Source: Halalkalibacterium halodurans (GTDB lineage Bacteria; Bacillota; Bacilli; Bacillales; Bacillaceae_D). From it: DNA of 32,000 nt. Below, one piece after another: positions 1-11,900 of this stretch. Positions within the stretch are counted from its first letter, which is position 1, and each line of letters starts with the position of its first letter. Below the pieces are notes generated by a model that made no database searches, was not told the origin of the DNA, and saw only the letters and a list, made by a program, of their open reading frames with translations. A program made the position numbers and the translations under genes. Where the stretch lies: positions 60,001 through 92,000 of the forward strand of contig NZ_SNUY01000005.1 of NCBI RefSeq assembly GCF_004376175.1, read 5' to 3'.

Positions 1-91
1 CCTGCCACGAAGGCCAATAATAACTCTTGCATCGATTCCCCTGCCTTTCTAAGTGGAAACTTGGAGGATTGTCAAGCAACCCTTGTACTTA

Positions 92-571
92 CTATAACCA
101 GACTTCGAGAAAAAACCAGCCGATCATAAAAAGTTGAATCACGAGCTTTGCAATTGAGCTACTTAAAAACGCAAATAATGATGCCGTCCCAATTTGGAAT
201 GCCAACGGAACATCGCGCTTGATGATCCACTCAGTGATAAAGACTGCTAGGAAAGGAACAATGAATATGCCGAATGGCGGAATAATAAATGCCCCCACAA
301 TAACACCTATAATCGCAGCCCATCCTCCTGCCCTTGAGCCACCGTAACGTTTGACAAAATAACTGTTGGCGACCGCATCTGCGGCAAAAATAAGCACGGT
401 GAACAAGGCCATCCCAATCCAAAACATCGTGCTTAATGACCCACCAATTCCCCATATGTATAAAAGAAATCCAGCCCAAATGAGCAAAATCGAGGGGAGG
501 ATGGGAAAGATTAATCCGACAAAGCCAAGGATAAATAAAAGGACGATCACCGTCCAAAGGATAACATCCAT
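92..571 (-). CDS. Small polytopic membrane protein, DUF456-like
   Basis: 159-aa ORF that is almost entirely hydrophobic helices. AGGAGG Shine-Dalgarno about 7 nt upstream of the ATG (revcomp of 575-592). The family name rests on recalled similarity only. Confidence 0.6.
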   Translation of the reverse strand: MDVILWTVIVLLFILGFVGLIFPILPSILLIWAGFLLYIWGIGGSLSTMFWIGMALFTVLIFAADAVANSYFVKRYGGSRAGGWAAIIGVIVGAFIIPPFGIFIVPFLAVFITEWIIKRDVPLAFQIGTASLFAFLSSSIAKLVIQLFMIGWFFLEVWL

Positions 572-739
572 GTTTATACCTCCTCTTAAGATTTAACAAA
601 GCAACGAAAGGAGCTTGTGGGCGCCTTTCGCTAAACATCTCCGTTTATACTTACGGATTGAAAGCCTTCAGGTGACAGTATATTGAACATCTTAATAAAT
701 GCAGGATGGTTTCGATTCTTTTTCATATGAGTGTATGAA

Positions 740-767
740 AACTCCCTCTCAACATTGAGAGGGAGTT
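740..767 (-). terminator. Intrinsic terminator downstream of argS
   Basis: 12-bp perfect stem (740-751 pairs with 756-767) with a 4-nt loop. It lies 10 nt after the argS stop and is followed by a short T-run on the minus strand. Confidence 0.6.
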
Positions 768-776
768 AAAAATCAT

Positions 777-2447
777 TTACATCCGTTCTGGTGCCTCAAC
801 CCCAACAAGGGAAAGGGCATTTTTGAGCGTTACTTGCGTTGCTTTCATTAATGCGAGGCGCGCTTTGCTTTGCTCGTCGTTCTCTGGATTAATCACCTGC
901 TCGGCATTGTAAAAACTATGGAGGGTGGACGCAAGCTCATGCACATAATTGGTGATCCGATGTGGCATTTGCTTTTGTGCTGCTTCGGCGACCACTTCTG
1001 GGAACTCACCAATCTTCTTCAGCAAGTCGTATTCTTTTTCGCTAGCAATCGGTGACAAATCGGTGGATTCATCAAAGGATAGACCGAGTTCTTTCCCTTT
1101 GCGTAACATGCTACATACTCGTGCATGGGCATATTGTACGTAATAGACTGGGTTTTCATTCGATTTTGATACGGCTAAGTCCATATCAAAGTCTAAGTGG
1201 GAATCGGCACTGCGCATCGCAAAGAAATAACGGGTCGCATCAATCCCTACTTCCTCCATAAGATCACGAAGGGTGACGGCTTTTCCTGTCCGCTTGCTCA
1301 TTTTTACTTTTTCGCCGTTTTGGAACAGGCTGACCATTTGAATAATTTGAACATCTAACTGATCTTTTTCATAACCGAGCGCTTGGATCGCCGCCTTCAT
1401 CCGTGGGATGTAGCCATGATGGTCAGCCCCCCAAATGTTGATCAGCTTTTCAAAGCCTCGTAAAAATTTGTCTTCATGGTACGAAATGTCCGGTGTTAAA
1501 TACGTATAACTTCCATCATTCTTCACAAGTACCCGGTCTTTATCATCACCGTATTCTGTTGAACGGAACCAAAGGGCTCCGTCTTGCTCGTACGTCTTCC
1601 CTTTTTCCTTAAGGACATTCAATGTTTTTTCCACTTTGCCCGTTGTGTAAAGAGACGTTTCCGAATACCAGTTGTCAAACGGGACGCGGAATTCCTCTAA
1701 GTCAGACTTAATTTTCTCTAATTCGCGCTTTAAGCCGTACTCTCGGAAAAATGCAAGCCGCTTTTCAGACGACTCATGAACGAACTTATCTCCATGCGTC
1801 TCTGCAAGGTCTTTTCCAAATTGAATAATGTCTTCCCCATGGTACCCATCTTCAGGCATGTCTTTCTCCATGCCAAGTGCTTGGAAATAGCGCGCCTCTA
1901 ATGACAATGCGAGATTGTTTATTTGATTACCAGCATCGTTAATGTAATACTCACGTGATACATCATATCCTGCTTTAGCAAGAATGTTGCATAATGCGTC
2001 ACCCACCGCCGCACCACGGGCATGCCCCAAATGAAGATTTCCCGTCGGATTGGCAGAGACAAACTCAACCTGGACCTTCTTTCCTTTTCCTACATTCGTT
2101 TCGCCATATGCGCTCTCAGCGCGCAAAACGGTCGGAATCATTTCGCGTAAATAGGAATTATCGAGAAAGAAGTTAATAAAGCCTGGTCCTGCGATCTCTA
2201 TTTTTTCGATCGCTGCCCGCTTACGGTCTAGCTTAGCTGTCAGCTCTTCTGCAATAAGACGCGGGGCTTTCTTAGCGACTCTCGCAAGCTGCATTGCCAT
2301 GTTCGTGGCAAAGTCGCCATGGGCTTTCTCCTTTGGGGTTTCAAGAATTACTTCCGGTATCGTTTCATCGGTCGCCAACCCTGCTGCTTTTACCGCTACG
2401 ACAATTTCTTCTCTCAATTGCTGCTTCATCTGCTCCATTTTGTTCAT
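777..2447 (-). CDS. argS: Arginine--tRNA ligase
   Basis: 556 aa. Class I aaRS HIGH-type motif ([14 protein letters not shown]) and KMSKS motif (KMSKRTGK). Full-length ArgRS architecture. Its RBS GGAGGAGG lies inside the end of the upstream ORF. Confidence 0.97.
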   Translation of the reverse strand: MNKMEQMKQQLREEIVVAVKAAGLATDETIPEVILETPKEKAHGDFATNMAMQLARVAKKAPRLIAEELTAKLDRKRAAIEKIEIAGPGFINFFLDNSYLREMIPTVLRAESAYGETNVGKGKKVQVEFVSANPTGNLHLGHARGAAVGDALCNILAKAGYDVSREYYINDAGNQINNLALSLEARYFQALGMEKDMPEDGYHGEDIIQFGKDLAETHGDKFVHESSEKRLAFFREYGLKRELEKIKSDLEEFRVPFDNWYSETSLYTTGKVEKTLNVLKEKGKTYEQDGALWFRSTEYGDDKDRVLVKNDGSYTYLTPDISYHEDKFLRGFEKLINIWGADHHGYIPRMKAAIQALGYEKDQLDVQIIQMVSLFQNGEKVKMSKRTGKAVTLRDLMEEVGIDATRYFFAMRSADSHLDFDMDLAVSKSNENPVYYVQYAHARVCSMLRKGKELGLSFDESTDLSPIASEKEYDLLKKIGEFPEVVAEAAQKQMPHRITNYVHELASTLHSFYNAEQVINPENDEQSKARLALMKATQVTLKNALSLVGVEAPERM

Positions 2448-2449
2448 GC

Positions 2450-2893
2450 TTATTCCTCCTCCAACGTCAAACGCACATCATGGATTCCTGTGTCTTGCCC
2501 TTGCAAAGAAAAATGATAACGAAGGTGAATGACACCTTTTTGTTTTCCTTGCGGCCATCGAACAATTACGCTCTCCGTCGTCGCCACTGATTCCCACGAA
2601 ATTTGTGGTGTCACATACCGCCCAGATGTTTGTATCCCGCGTAAAAATGATTGACGCATCAAAACATCACCTTGGCGAATCAAGACGAGCTCACGTCCAT
2701 CCCACTTCAATGTTGTTTGCACATTTTCTTGATCTGACAGCACATCCTGAAAACGAAGATAATCTTGTGTACCTTTATGATAAAGTTCCCCTTTTGTCGT
2801 GAACTCATAGTCTTCTATTTCTCCGTGACGGTCAATTTTCGTTTGAAACAAAATTCGCACATGGCGTTTCTCTTGTTTTTTCACTGCACGCAC
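2450..2893 (-). CDS. ywiB: DUF1934 beta-barrel protein (YwiB-like), coupled to argS
   Basis: 147-aa ORF whose stop lies 2 nt before the argS ATG, the same arrangement as B. subtilis ywiB-argS. The start is uncertain: GTG at 2893, or GTG at 2884 which is better spaced from the GAAAGG SD. Confidence 0.7.
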   Translation of the reverse strand: MRAVKKQEKRHVRILFQTKIDRHGEIEDYEFTTKGELYHKGTQDYLRFQDVLSDQENVQTTLKWDGRELVLIRQGDVLMRQSFLRGIQTSGRYVTPQISWESVATTESVIVRWPQGKQKGVIHLRYHFSLQGQDTGIHDVRLTLEEE

Positions 2894-2907
2894 ACCTTTC
2901 TTTTACA

Positions 2908-2936
2908 AGTGTAGCGACTTTACATAACGGTTGCAA
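2908..2936 (-). promoter_or_regulatory. Candidate sigma-A promoter for ywiB-argS
   Basis: On the minus strand TTGCAA (2936-2931), a 17-nt spacer, then TACACT (2913-2908), just downstream of the speB terminator. Confidence 0.35.
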
Positions 2937-2942
2937 GATCCT

Positions 2943-2988
2943 TAAAAACGACGAGGCCCGATTCACCGGACGTTGTGAATCAGACCTC
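2943..2988 (-). terminator. Intrinsic terminator after speB
   Basis: 14-bp stem (2953-2966 with 2975-2988, two G-U pairs on the minus strand) starting 8 nt after the speB stop. A T-run (2948-2944) follows after 4 nt. Confidence 0.55.
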
Positions 2989-2995
2989 AAATAGA

Positions 2996-3865
2996 TTACA
3001 CCCAACCTAGCAACATTTCACGAACAAACTTACTTGCGGCTATTGGCGTTTTCTCAGAGGGATCATACGCTGGTGCGACCTCGACTAAATCCGCTCCGAT
3101 GACGTTCACATCGGAATGGGCAATCGCAACAATCGCCTCTAGAAGCTCCTTCGATGAAATCCCACCTGCTTCGGCCGTACCTGTCCCTGGGGCAAACGCC
3201 GGGTCAAGCACATCAATGTCGATTGTCACATAGACATTCCGTCCCGCTAACTTTGGCAACACTTCCTTTAGCGGCGTTGCCACCTCGAATTTGGCCATGT
3301 ACATACCGGAATCTTTCGCATATTGGAACTCTTCCCGCATCCCTGAACGAATGCCAAACGAATACACATTCTCAGGGCCAATTAACGAACACGCTTTACG
3401 GATCGGTGTTGAATGGGACAACGGCTCCCCTTCATACTCCTCACGAAGATCGGCGTGGGCATCGATATGAATGATCGCCATGTCTGGATAAATCTTATGC
3501 ATCGCTTTAAAAATCGGCCATGACACAAGGTGCTCACCGCCTAGACCGATCGGCATCTTTTGATCGGCGAGCAGCTTGTCCACATAGGATTCAATCATCT
3601 CTAAGCTACGTTGCGGATTCCCGAACGGAAGGAGCATATCCCCTGCATCAAAATACGCTACCTCTTCCAAGTGCTTATCCATATAAGGACTGTATTCCTC
3701 TAGCCCGAGAGAAGCTTCACGGATACGGTTTGGACCGAAACGCGAGCCTGGGCGGAACGACACCGTCCAGTCCATCGGCATTCCAAAAATAACCGCCTTG
3801 CTTTCCTCATAGTTTGAACGACTCATAATGAAAACTTTACCTGAATAGGCTTCATCAAATCTCAT
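2996..3865 (-). CDS. speB: Agmatinase (ureohydrolase family)
   Basis: 289 aa with arginase-family Mn-binding motifs (HIDAHADL, DIDVLDP, GGIS). It sits downstream of speE, as in the Bacillus speEB operon. Confidence 0.95.
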   Translation of the reverse strand: MRFDEAYSGKVFIMSRSNYEESKAVIFGMPMDWTVSFRPGSRFGPNRIREASLGLEEYSPYMDKHLEEVAYFDAGDMLLPFGNPQRSLEMIESYVDKLLADQKMPIGLGGEHLVSWPIFKAMHKIYPDMAIIHIDAHADLREEYEGEPLSHSTPIRKACSLIGPENVYSFGIRSGMREEFQYAKDSGMYMAKFEVATPLKEVLPKLAGRNVYVTIDIDVLDPAFAPGTGTAEAGGISSKELLEAIVAIAHSDVNVIGADLVEVAPAYDPSEKTPIAASKFVREMLLGWV

Positions 3866-3877
3866 GCTGCACCTTCC

Positions 3878-4705
3878 TTACTTGATCAAATCATCCACAA
3901 ATCGCGGCAAAGCAAAGGCGGCTTTATGGAGATCCTTTGTAAAGTACTTTGTCTCAATATCATAAAAACGGCTCGGCTCCACATGTAGTGGATCGTATGT
4001 TTTCGATCCAATTGTAAATGTCCAGAGTCCGCTCGGATAGGTTGGAATATTCGCTGTATACAAACGGGTGATTGGAAAAATCTCTTGCACATCAGCATAG
4101 ACTTTGCGGATCAGTTCACCATGGAACCACGGGTTATCGGTTTGCGCAACAAAAATCCCGTCTTCTTTTAAGGCTTTCGCAATTCCTTGATAAAACCCTT
4201 TTTCAAAAAGTTTAACTGCAGGCCCTACTGGTTCTGTAGAATCGACCATAATGACATCATAAGCACTTTCAGCCTTGGCAATATGCAAAAAGCCATCATC
4301 GACTTGAACATCGACACGCGGGTCATTAAGCGCCGTCGCAATGGAAGGCAAATACTTTTTCGAGTACTCAATGACCTTTCCGTCGATTTCTACAAGAGTC
4401 GCTTTTTCCACTGATGGGTGCTTCAACACTTCACGGATAACCCCCCCATCACCACCGCCTACGACAAGGACGTGTTTCGGGTTCGGATGGGTAAAGAGCG
4501 GAACATGAGCCACCATTTCATGATAAACGAACTCATCCTTTTCCGTAGTCATGACCATTCCATCGAGAACGAGCATGTTCCCGAACTCTTCTGTCTCAAT
4601 GACATCGAGCTGCTGAAAGTCGGTCTTTTCTGTATGTAGCGTCCGTTTAATTTTGGCCGTAATACCAAAATGTTCGGTCTGCTTTTCCGTATACCATAAT
4701 TCCAT
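3878..4705 (-). CDS. speE: Spermidine synthase
   Basis: 275 aa with the spermidine synthase signature [18 protein letters not shown] and the DSTEP motif. It lies 12 nt upstream of speB. Confidence 0.95.
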
Positions 4706-4938
4706 TTATTGTCACCTCGATTTTTCGTAGCGTTTCTATCATTAGTCTTACCTGAACATTCGTTCATACACATTGAAAGGATAACAATTGAAGTATATAA
4801 GAACAGCACAAAAAAGCAAGCGAAATTTCACCGTCATTTTACATACTTCTTTTTTTCGTCCTCACGTTTAAAAGTCGCCGATTCTACCAATCCTAAACGT
4901 ATCTATGAATTTATTTTTTCCTATTCGAGGTGACTCAT

Positions 4939-7002
4939 ATGGAAGTCGTCATTCAACAAAAAGCAAGAAAACGGTGGCGGTTGTTCAGACTTTGGCTCCG
5001 ACTTTTGCTCATCGTTCTTGTCCTTGGGGCTGGAAGTGCTGTTTCTCTATTATCATACATTAAAATGCAAGGTCCTCCGCCACTCCAAGTATCACAAACG
5101 ACCGTTTTATATGGACATGATATGTCTGTGATCGGGGAGCATCACCAGGGCCAACAACGATATTGGGTCGCCTTGGACGAGATTTCTCCTTATTTAAAAG
5201 AGGCTACGATTTCCATCGAGGATCGAAAGTTTTACCAGCATCATGGATTTGATCTTACTCGTATCGGCGGAGCTGTTGTTGCGAACCTACGCGCTGGCTC
5301 AATGGCTCAAGGAGCAAGCACGATCACGCAGCAATACGCACGGAACTTATACCTTGGTCATGATAAAACGTGGAATCGTAAAGCACAAGAAGCCCTTTAT
5401 GCCCTACGTCTAGAAATGCATTACACGAAAGATGATATTTTAGAAGGCTATTTAAATACAATCTACTACGGGCACGGCGCTTATGGTATCGAAGCTGCTG
5501 CTCAACATTTCTTCGGAAAAAAAGCAGCCGACTTGACGTTAGCCGAAGCTAGCATGCTAGCCGGTGTCCCTAAAGGGCCGAGCTACTACTCTCCGCTCGT
5601 AGACGAAGAGCGGGCAAAGGCACGGCAAGAGATCATCCTCCAATCCATGGTCGAGAACGGATATATTACGGCTCAAGAAGCAGAAGAGGCGATAAATGAA
5701 GCGCTCGATTACGTGACAGATGGTGGCATGCGCTCAGAAACGATCGGGCCTTATTTTCAAGATGTGGTCGAGGAACAGTTAGTGGAAGAGGTAGGGCTGG
5801 ATCCAGCATTATTAGAATCAGGCGGGTTGCACATTTACACCACACTCGACCCGCATATGCAGGAAGAAGCGGAACGTTGGGTGGAAGTGGAGATGCCAGA
5901 TTCCGATTTACAGGTAGCTCTCGTAGCCATTGATCCAAGCACAGGTGACGTTCGCGCCCTCGTTGGCGGGAAAAATTACGGGGAAAGCTCGTTTAACCGA
6001 GCAACGAAAGCTCGACGCTCCCCTGGTTCTTCCTTTAAGCCATTTCTATATTATGCTGCCCTGGAGCAAGGATTTACGCCTGCATCGACGCTTATTAGCG
6101 AGCCGACAACGTTCTCATACGATCAAGGGCGTTCTACCTATTCGCCCCGGAACTTTCAAGACCGGTACAAGGACGATTTTGTGACATTGCTGCAAGCTCT
6201 CGCCTTTTCCGATAATATTTTTGCCGTGAAAACCCATATGTTTTTAGGAACAGATGAGCTCGTGGAGACCGCTAGACGCTTTGGCATTGAGAGCCCGCTT
6301 CGCGACATCCCATCGCTTGCGCTCGGAACCTTGCCCGTCGGTGTCCTTGAACTGACCAAAAGCTACGTTCCTTTCGCCAACAATGGGTTTACGGTCGAAC
6401 CACGCTTCATTACAAAAGTAGTTGATCGAGACGGGGATGTTCTTTATGAGCAGATGCCGGAAACAGAGCAAACGTTAGATCCTAGACTAACCTTTATTAT
6501 GGCAGACTTAATGACCGCTATGTTCGATCCATCCCTTAACGACTATATGTCGGTAACGGGTAGCTCCGTCAACCGTCTTGTCAATCGCCCTGTTGCCGGT
6601 AAATCTGGATCTACATCGACCGATAGTTGGATGGTCGGGTTTACGCCTCAGCTCGTAACAGGGGTATGGATCGGTTATGACCAAAGTGAAACCCTTAACC
6701 ACGGAACAGAAGGCCAAGTGGCTAAACGGATTTGGGCCAACTTCACTGAACATGCATTAGAGAACGAGCTGATGCTACAATTTCGACAACCGCCAGGCGT
6801 CGTCTCTGTTAACATGAACCCATCTAACGGCTTTCTAGCAAATGATGTGTGCCCTAATGGCAGAAAAACCTTTTTCGTCGAAGGGACAGAGCCGACGGAA
6901 GGCTGCCCAGAAGAAGCGAGGGACAATGAAACCGATGCGATCGATGAAGAAAACCATGAAAAAGAGCGTTTTCTAGACCGCTTTATTTGCTGGTTCCATT
7001 GA
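4939..7002 (+). CDS. pbpG: Class A penicillin-binding protein (GT51 glycosyltransferase + transpeptidase), PbpG/YwhE-like
   Basis: The frame is open from GTG 4930, but ATG 4939 sits about 6 nt after the GAGGTGA SD. N-terminal TM anchor. GT51 motifs (EDRKFYQHHG, RKAQE). Transpeptidase SxxK (SSFK), SDN and KSGST motifs. It is divergent from speE, as pbpG is in B. subtilis. Confidence 0.9.
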   Translation: MEVVIQQKARKRWRLFRLWLRLLLIVLVLGAGSAVSLLSYIKMQGPPPLQVSQTTVLYGHDMSVIGEHHQGQQRYWVALDEISPYLKEATISIEDRKFYQHHGFDLTRIGGAVVANLRAGSMAQGASTITQQYARNLYLGHDKTWNRKAQEALYALRLEMHYTKDDILEGYLNTIYYGHGAYGIEAAAQHFFGKKAADLTLAEASMLAGVPKGPSYYSPLVDEERAKARQEIILQSMVENGYITAQEAEEAINEALDYVTDGGMRSETIGPYFQDVVEEQLVEEVGLDPALLESGGLHIYTTLDPHMQEEAERWVEVEMPDSDLQVALVAIDPSTGDVRALVGGKNYGESSFNRATKARRSPGSSFKPFLYYAALEQGFTPASTLISEPTTFSYDQGRSTYSPRNFQDRYKDDFVTLLQALAFSDNIFAVKTHMFLGTDELVETARRFGIESPLRDIPSLALGTLPVGVLELTKSYVPFANNGFTVEPRFITKVVDRDGDVLYEQMPETEQTLDPRLTFIMADLMTAMFDPSLNDYMSVTGSSVNRLVNRPVAGKSGSTSTDSWMVGFTPQLVTGVWIGYDQSETLNHGTEGQVAKRIWANFTEHALENELMLQFRQPPGVVSVNMNPSNGFLANDVCPNGRKTFFVEGTEPTEGCPEEARDNETDAIDEENHEKERFLDRFICWFH

Positions 7003-7011
7003 ATAGACAGC

Positions 7012-7046
7012 AAAAAACCGTGAGGAAAAGCTCCTCACGGTTTTTT
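7012..7046. terminator. Bidirectional intrinsic terminator after the PBP gene
   Basis: 9-bp stem ccgtgagga/tcctcacgg (7018-7026 with 7032-7040), flanked by A6 (7012-7017) and T6 (7041-7046). Confidence 0.7.
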
Positions 7047-7184
7047 GTGTCCTAGTATAAAGTGTCTTTATACTATTGATAAGTGTATATCGTTTTACAC
7101 CTTAGCTCAATAGGTCATCATAGTTTTCATAAATCGTTCAAAACTAACCGATATTTACTCTTTACAAATCGCTAAAGCTTTGAT

Positions 7185-7724
7185 CTACTTTTCGCCAAGC
7201 AATTTTTCCCGCAACTCTGGCTCGGACCGTTTCCACATGTCTTCATTAAAGGATTTTAAATACTCACCGAGAATACGTTTCGACCTTTCATCCATATCAT
7301 CGACGACAATTTTCCCTTTGATCGACTTATCCATTTTATTCACATGCTCTGGCATGCTTTTATAGCCTCGGCGGATTTCACGGTCAACCGTCATTTCACA
7401 TCCGGCAACGCCAGCGTAGTACGGACCTTCTTTTTTCGAATCAATGGTCACCCACACGAGCCAATACAATTTACCGTTTGGCACTTCTTCTTTATTTGGT
7501 AAAAATTTAATTCGCTTTTCGACCTCAGATCGAGCGTGAAGGGCCCCCAGATCCACAAACGCCCGCTCCTCTTCAGGGTCGACGAAAACAGGTGTCACAT
7601 TATCTAAGCTTAAAACACCTGCCCCATACCCTCCGTGACCGTCAGTTGAATCCCCACTTAGAATCGTAAAGCCGCTTGTTTTTTTCTTAAGGTTGTCATT
7701 ATTTAAAAGATCCACTTCGATCAT
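7185..7724 (-). CDS. ywhD: YwhD family protein (function unknown)
   Basis: Recognisable YwhD-like core (STDGHGGYGAG, PNGKLYWLVWVT, REIRRGYKSMPEHVNKMDKS). The start is ambiguous: GTG 7763 (ORF-track maximum, poor SD), ATG 7724, or GTG 7715 (9 nt after GAAGGG). Confidence 0.72.
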   Translation of the reverse strand: MIEVDLLNNDNLKKKTSGFTILSGDSTDGHGGYGAGVLSLDNVTPVFVDPEEERAFVDLGALHARSEVEKRIKFLPNKEEVPNGKLYWLVWVTIDSKKEGPYYAGVAGCEMTVDREIRRGYKSMPEHVNKMDKSIKGKIVVDDMDERSKRILGEYLKSFNEDMWKRSEPELREKLLGEK

Positions 7725-8029
7725 CCCTTCTTTTCCTAAAATCCCTATACGTAAAGTGTACACAATGAGGAAGTTGTATTTCCACCATCAAGTGAACATT
7801 TTTCATCTTCCGTTGCTCCTCTTTCTCATTTCGTTATAAATCGTGTAAACTAGAAACGAATAAAGTGAAACTTCATTCTATGAGGGCTTTACTTCATCTT
7901 CACTAATTGTTAGCCTAACTCACGCGATATGAACACACCGACTTGGGCGTGACGTTCTTTGTCTATGTTTATTTAACGTCAAGGGTAAGTCTTAGCGCCA
8001 GTTAAACAGAATAAAGCGAGGTGATTTCC

Positions 8030-8215
8030 ATGCCAATTGTCACAGTGAAATTTTTAGAAGGTCGATCGGATGAACAGAAGCGTGCACTTGTGGAGCGCGT
8101 CACCGAGGCGGTTGCCGAAACCATTCAAGCAAACCCCGAAAAGATTCACGTCGTATTAGAAGAAATGCGCAAAGATCATTATGGAGTGGCAGGAAAGCGG
8201 ATCAGCGATCAGTAA
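8030..8215 (+). CDS. ywhB: 4-oxalocrotonate tautomerase family enzyme
   Basis: ATG 8030 lies 6 nt after GAGGTGA and gives a 61-aa protein. It begins Met-Pro (PIVTVKF...), and this superfamily requires the catalytic Pro1. The longer GTG 8021 start would bury that Pro. Confidence 0.85.
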   Translation: MPIVTVKFLEGRSDEQKRALVERVTEAVAETIQANPEKIHVVLEEMRKDHYGVAGKRISDQ

Positions 8216-8250
8216 TTTACATTCTGACATACACGGAGGGAGGGTATCCA

Positions 8251-8709
8251 TTGGAAGATTACAGACAACTATTGCGGGAATTACAATTTACTTTAGATGA
8301 TATTTCGAGATTGTTTGCCCAAGAGTTAGCGATGGTCGAAAACCTCCCTCTCAACAAACGACAATTTCGGATCCTACTCCATATCATCTTTCGTGAAAAC
8401 GTAACAACATCAGAAATTGCTGTCCATTTTGGAATAACGAAAAGCGCTGTCAGTCAAGCGCTTTCTGTTTTGGAACAACATCAGTTTATCATCCGCTCCA
8501 TCAATGAAGAGAACAGGCGCGAAAATAGATTAGAGCTCGGACCCCAAGGAGAGCTTATTAAACAAAAGATAGAGGAAGCAGAGACAGTTTTAATTGAGCG
8601 TTACATAAGCAAACTCCCTTTTCAAGATATTGTCCACGTAAAAAACGTCTTAGAGCAATTTCGCGACATTATTCTTGATTTCAATCAACGAGGAGCAAAG
8701 CATAAATAA
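8251..8709 (+). CDS. MarR-family transcriptional regulator
   Basis: 152 aa. TTG start 7 nt after GGAGGGAGGG. Winged-HTH segment (TTSEIAVHFGITKSAVSQALSVLEQHQFIIRS...ENRRENRLELGPQG) typical of MarR. Positionally equivalent to B. subtilis ywhA. Confidence 0.85.
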   Translation: MEDYRQLLRELQFTLDDISRLFAQELAMVENLPLNKRQFRILLHIIFRENVTTSEIAVHFGITKSAVSQALSVLEQHQFIIRSINEENRRENRLELGPQGELIKQKIEEAETVLIERYISKLPFQDIVHVKNVLEQFRDIILDFNQRGAKHK

Positions 8710-8842
8710 TCCAATTGAAAAAGCGCACCCTAAAAGGAGGCGCTTGCTTTTTTCATGTGCCTGATCGGTTCAAAAACTTCGGATGATCAGAAAACCGATA
8801 AACCTAGGTTTTCATCAATTTCTTGAACTCAGGGGGAATTGA

Positions 8843-8871
8843 TTGACTTCTCCGCTTTCCCACATTAGGAT
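8843..8871 (+). promoter_or_regulatory. Candidate sigma-A promoter of the RND pump gene
   Basis: TTGACT (8843-8848), a 17-nt spacer, then TAGGAT (8866-8871). It is embedded among three ATTGAT repeats at 8838, 8873 and 8916. Confidence 0.35.
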
Positions 8872-8939
8872 AATTGATAGTTCATTTTATAAACAGTTAA
8901 ATTATTTACCTATGGATTGATAGAGAGGAGTAGCCTTAG

Positions 8940-11900
8940 ATGACCCAGTTTTCCATTAGGCGACCGGTCTTTACGATCGTCGGAATGATCATTTTCCTTC
9001 TCGTAGGAGGAATTTCATACGTAAACCTACCATTGCAGTTAACTCCTGATTTAAACCCACCCATTGGAGCAGTGACCGCTTCCTACCCTGGAGCTAGTGC
9101 CGAAGAGGTGTCCGAAAATGTCACGAGGATATTAGAGGACGAGCTTTCAACCACATCAGGCTTGAATAAAATAACCTCCCAGTCGATGGAGGGTAGCGCG
9201 ATCATCATTTTAGAATTTGGGTGGACGACAAACATTGATGATGTGGAAAACGACATTATTTCTACGATCAATCGCGCTGATCTCCCTGATGGAGCTAGCA
9301 ACCCTAGCTTCTTAAAATTTGATCCTTCGGCTTTCCCGATCATGGAGCTTGTCGTCACATCAGATACTGAGGCCATTTCCGATATTAGCGAGGCCCTTGA
9401 CGAACTCGAACGGGAAATTGGACGAGTTGAAGGCGTTGCTAGTGTTTCTTCCCACGGACGTTTAATGGAACGAGTAGAGGTTACCATTGATGACGAAGCA
9501 CTTGAAGAGGCTAATCTTACCCAACAGGATGTCGTCGATGTCATCGAGGCAAACGATATTTCATTGCCAGGGGGAACGATTAGTGATGGGGATCGCTCGT
9601 TAACGACGCGCACCATTCGGACGCTCGACGCAGTTGAAACGATTGAAGACCTCGTCCTTACCATCGATCCTCAGACTGGTGATGATGTGTTACTTTCTGA
9701 CGTTGCGGACGTATCGATTTCATTAGAAGATGAAACAGTGATTACACGGGCGAACAATGACCCTGCCGTGCAATTTAGCATTATGAAAGAAGATGCGGCC
9801 AATTCCGTCGATGTTTCTGTGGCTATTACAGAACGGTTGGACGAACTATTAGAGCAGGATCGCTTTGATAACGTTTCCGCTTTCGTTCTCTATGATGAGG
9901 GAGACTTCATTTTAGAGGCGATTAACAACGTTCTTGTCGCCCTCATCGCCGGTGCGACCATGGCCATGGTTGTCTTATTTTTGTTTTTACGAAATTTTAA
10001 AACCCCTTTAATTATCGGAATCGCTATCCCATTTTCTGTCATCGTGACGTTTGCCTTTCTTTATTTTACGAATGTTAGTTTGAACATTTTGAGCTTAGGT
10101 GGACTTGCATTAGGAATTGGAATGCTTGTGGACAACTCCATCGTCGTTATTGAAAATATTTATCGTCACCTTTCCATGGGAAAAGAGCCAAAGCAAGCGG
10201 CGCTTGAAGGAACGAGAGAGGTTCGCGGTGCGATTACGGCGTCCACATTAACGACAATTTCCGTCTTTGTCCCGATATTGTTTTTAACTGGACTCGTTGG
10301 TGAGCTGTTTATCCAGTTTGCTCTCACCGTTTCCCTAAGCCTATTTGCATCACTCCTTGTGGCGATTACGCTCGTCCCATTGATGGCGAGCCGCTTATTA
10401 CGAAAGTTCCAACAAAATGAAGAAGCCAAACGCCAGCAATCTCGTTTTATCCTAACGATCGAACGAAGCATTAAATGGGCACTTCGCCACCGTGCCATGG
10501 TGCTTATCGCTACACTGCTTTTGTTCGTTGGTGGACTCTACGGTCTTTCCACAGTTGGAGTGGATTTCCTTGAGGATATGGACGAAGGATTGATGGTCGT
10601 CGAGATTGAGCATGAACCGGGAACGAGCCTCGAACGGACACGTGAGACGGTAGAAGCAATAGAACAAAAGCTTGAAGATTATAGTGAAATTGAGAACTTT
10701 GTTAGCACATCCGGCGCTAGAGGCACAAATGTTGGCAGAAGGGATGGCAATAGCTATGAAGGACAAGTCCAAGCAACACTTGTGCCTAGTAGCGACCGTG
10801 ACCTTACAACGTTAGAATTTGTCGAATCGATTAAACGCGATGTAGAACGCGTTGACTCGGATGCAGAAATTAACGTATCGCCGCTCTCCCTCCAAGGATC
10901 GGAGCCAAACACACTAACCTTTTACTTGAGTGATTCGGATCCAGATCGTTTAGAGGAAGCGACAGAGGCACTCGAAGAGGAATTGCTTGAACGAAATGAA
11001 GTCACAAACCTAGAGCTGAGCATTGATGTCACAACGCCTGAATATCAACTCTTGATTGATGAAGAAGCCGCAAGAGAAAATGGGCTTGTTCCAGCACAAG
11101 TCGCCCAGTTTGTTTATGATGTCACCCTTGGGCAAACCGTTACAACTCTTGAAATCGACAATGACTTGTATGATCTATTTGTCCGTTACCATCCTGACGT
11201 ACTCGATAGTCTTGAAACGATGGAAGAGTTAACGATTCGAAACAACGAAGGGGTCTATGTACCTCTTGGCGATGTTGTGACAATTGAAGAAGGAGAAGGG
11301 CCAGCCACCATCAACCGAATCGAGCAGCGAGATGCGGTTGAGTTTACGGTAATGTATGATTCCTCTCTCTCCCTTGGCGACATCTCATCCATTGTGTTAG
11401 ACATTGTCGACGAGCAAAACTTCGAGGATACAACGGAGTTCGCCTTTACAGGAGATCAGGAAGCGCTTGAGACGGCCATGGCTGATTTGACAGGAGCGTT
11501 CATGCTAGCGGTCGTATTCGTCTTCCTTGTCATGGCAGCGCAATTTGAATCGTTCCGCTTCCCATTTGTCGTCATGTTCAGCTTACCCCTTGTCATGATC
11601 GGTGTTTCCCTTGCCTTACTCGTGACAGGGACGAGCTTCAGTGTCATGGCTGGCATCGGAATGATCATCTTAGCTGGAATTGTCGTCAACAACGCGATCG
11701 TCATTGTGGATTACATGAACCAATTGAAAGCGTCTGGTGCCACAAGCTATGAAGCGATCGTAGAAGCCGTTAAACAGCGGACACGGCCAGTCCTTATGAC
11801 GGCCCTTACAACCATTCTTGGTGTTCTCCCACTGGCATTAGCCCTCGGGGAAGGAACCGAGATGCAGCGCCCAATCGGGTTAACCGTCATTGGCGGTCTC

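Noticed and set aside
1-32. A possible start of another minus-strand gene leaving the window (ATG at 32-30, MQELLLAFVAG...).
   Set aside because: Only 10 codons are visible and the SD is weak, which is too little to support a call.
231-638. Numerous ORFs of 60-190 aa that overlap or run antisense to the large genes. Examples are 231-638, 9083-9664, 10166-10772, 16574-16972, 22224-22640, 6675-7013 and 30207-30665.
   Set aside because: All lie inside, and out of frame with or antisense to, ORFs with clear family signatures. They lack SD sequences and have low-complexity or Arg/Ser/Cys-rich composition typical of shadow frames.
2894-2995. A possible T-box or other riboswitch leader for argS.
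   Set aside because: argS is directly coupled to ywiB. The only upstream spacer is about 100 nt, and the speB terminator plus a simple promoter account for all of it. There is no specifier-loop or T-box sequence.
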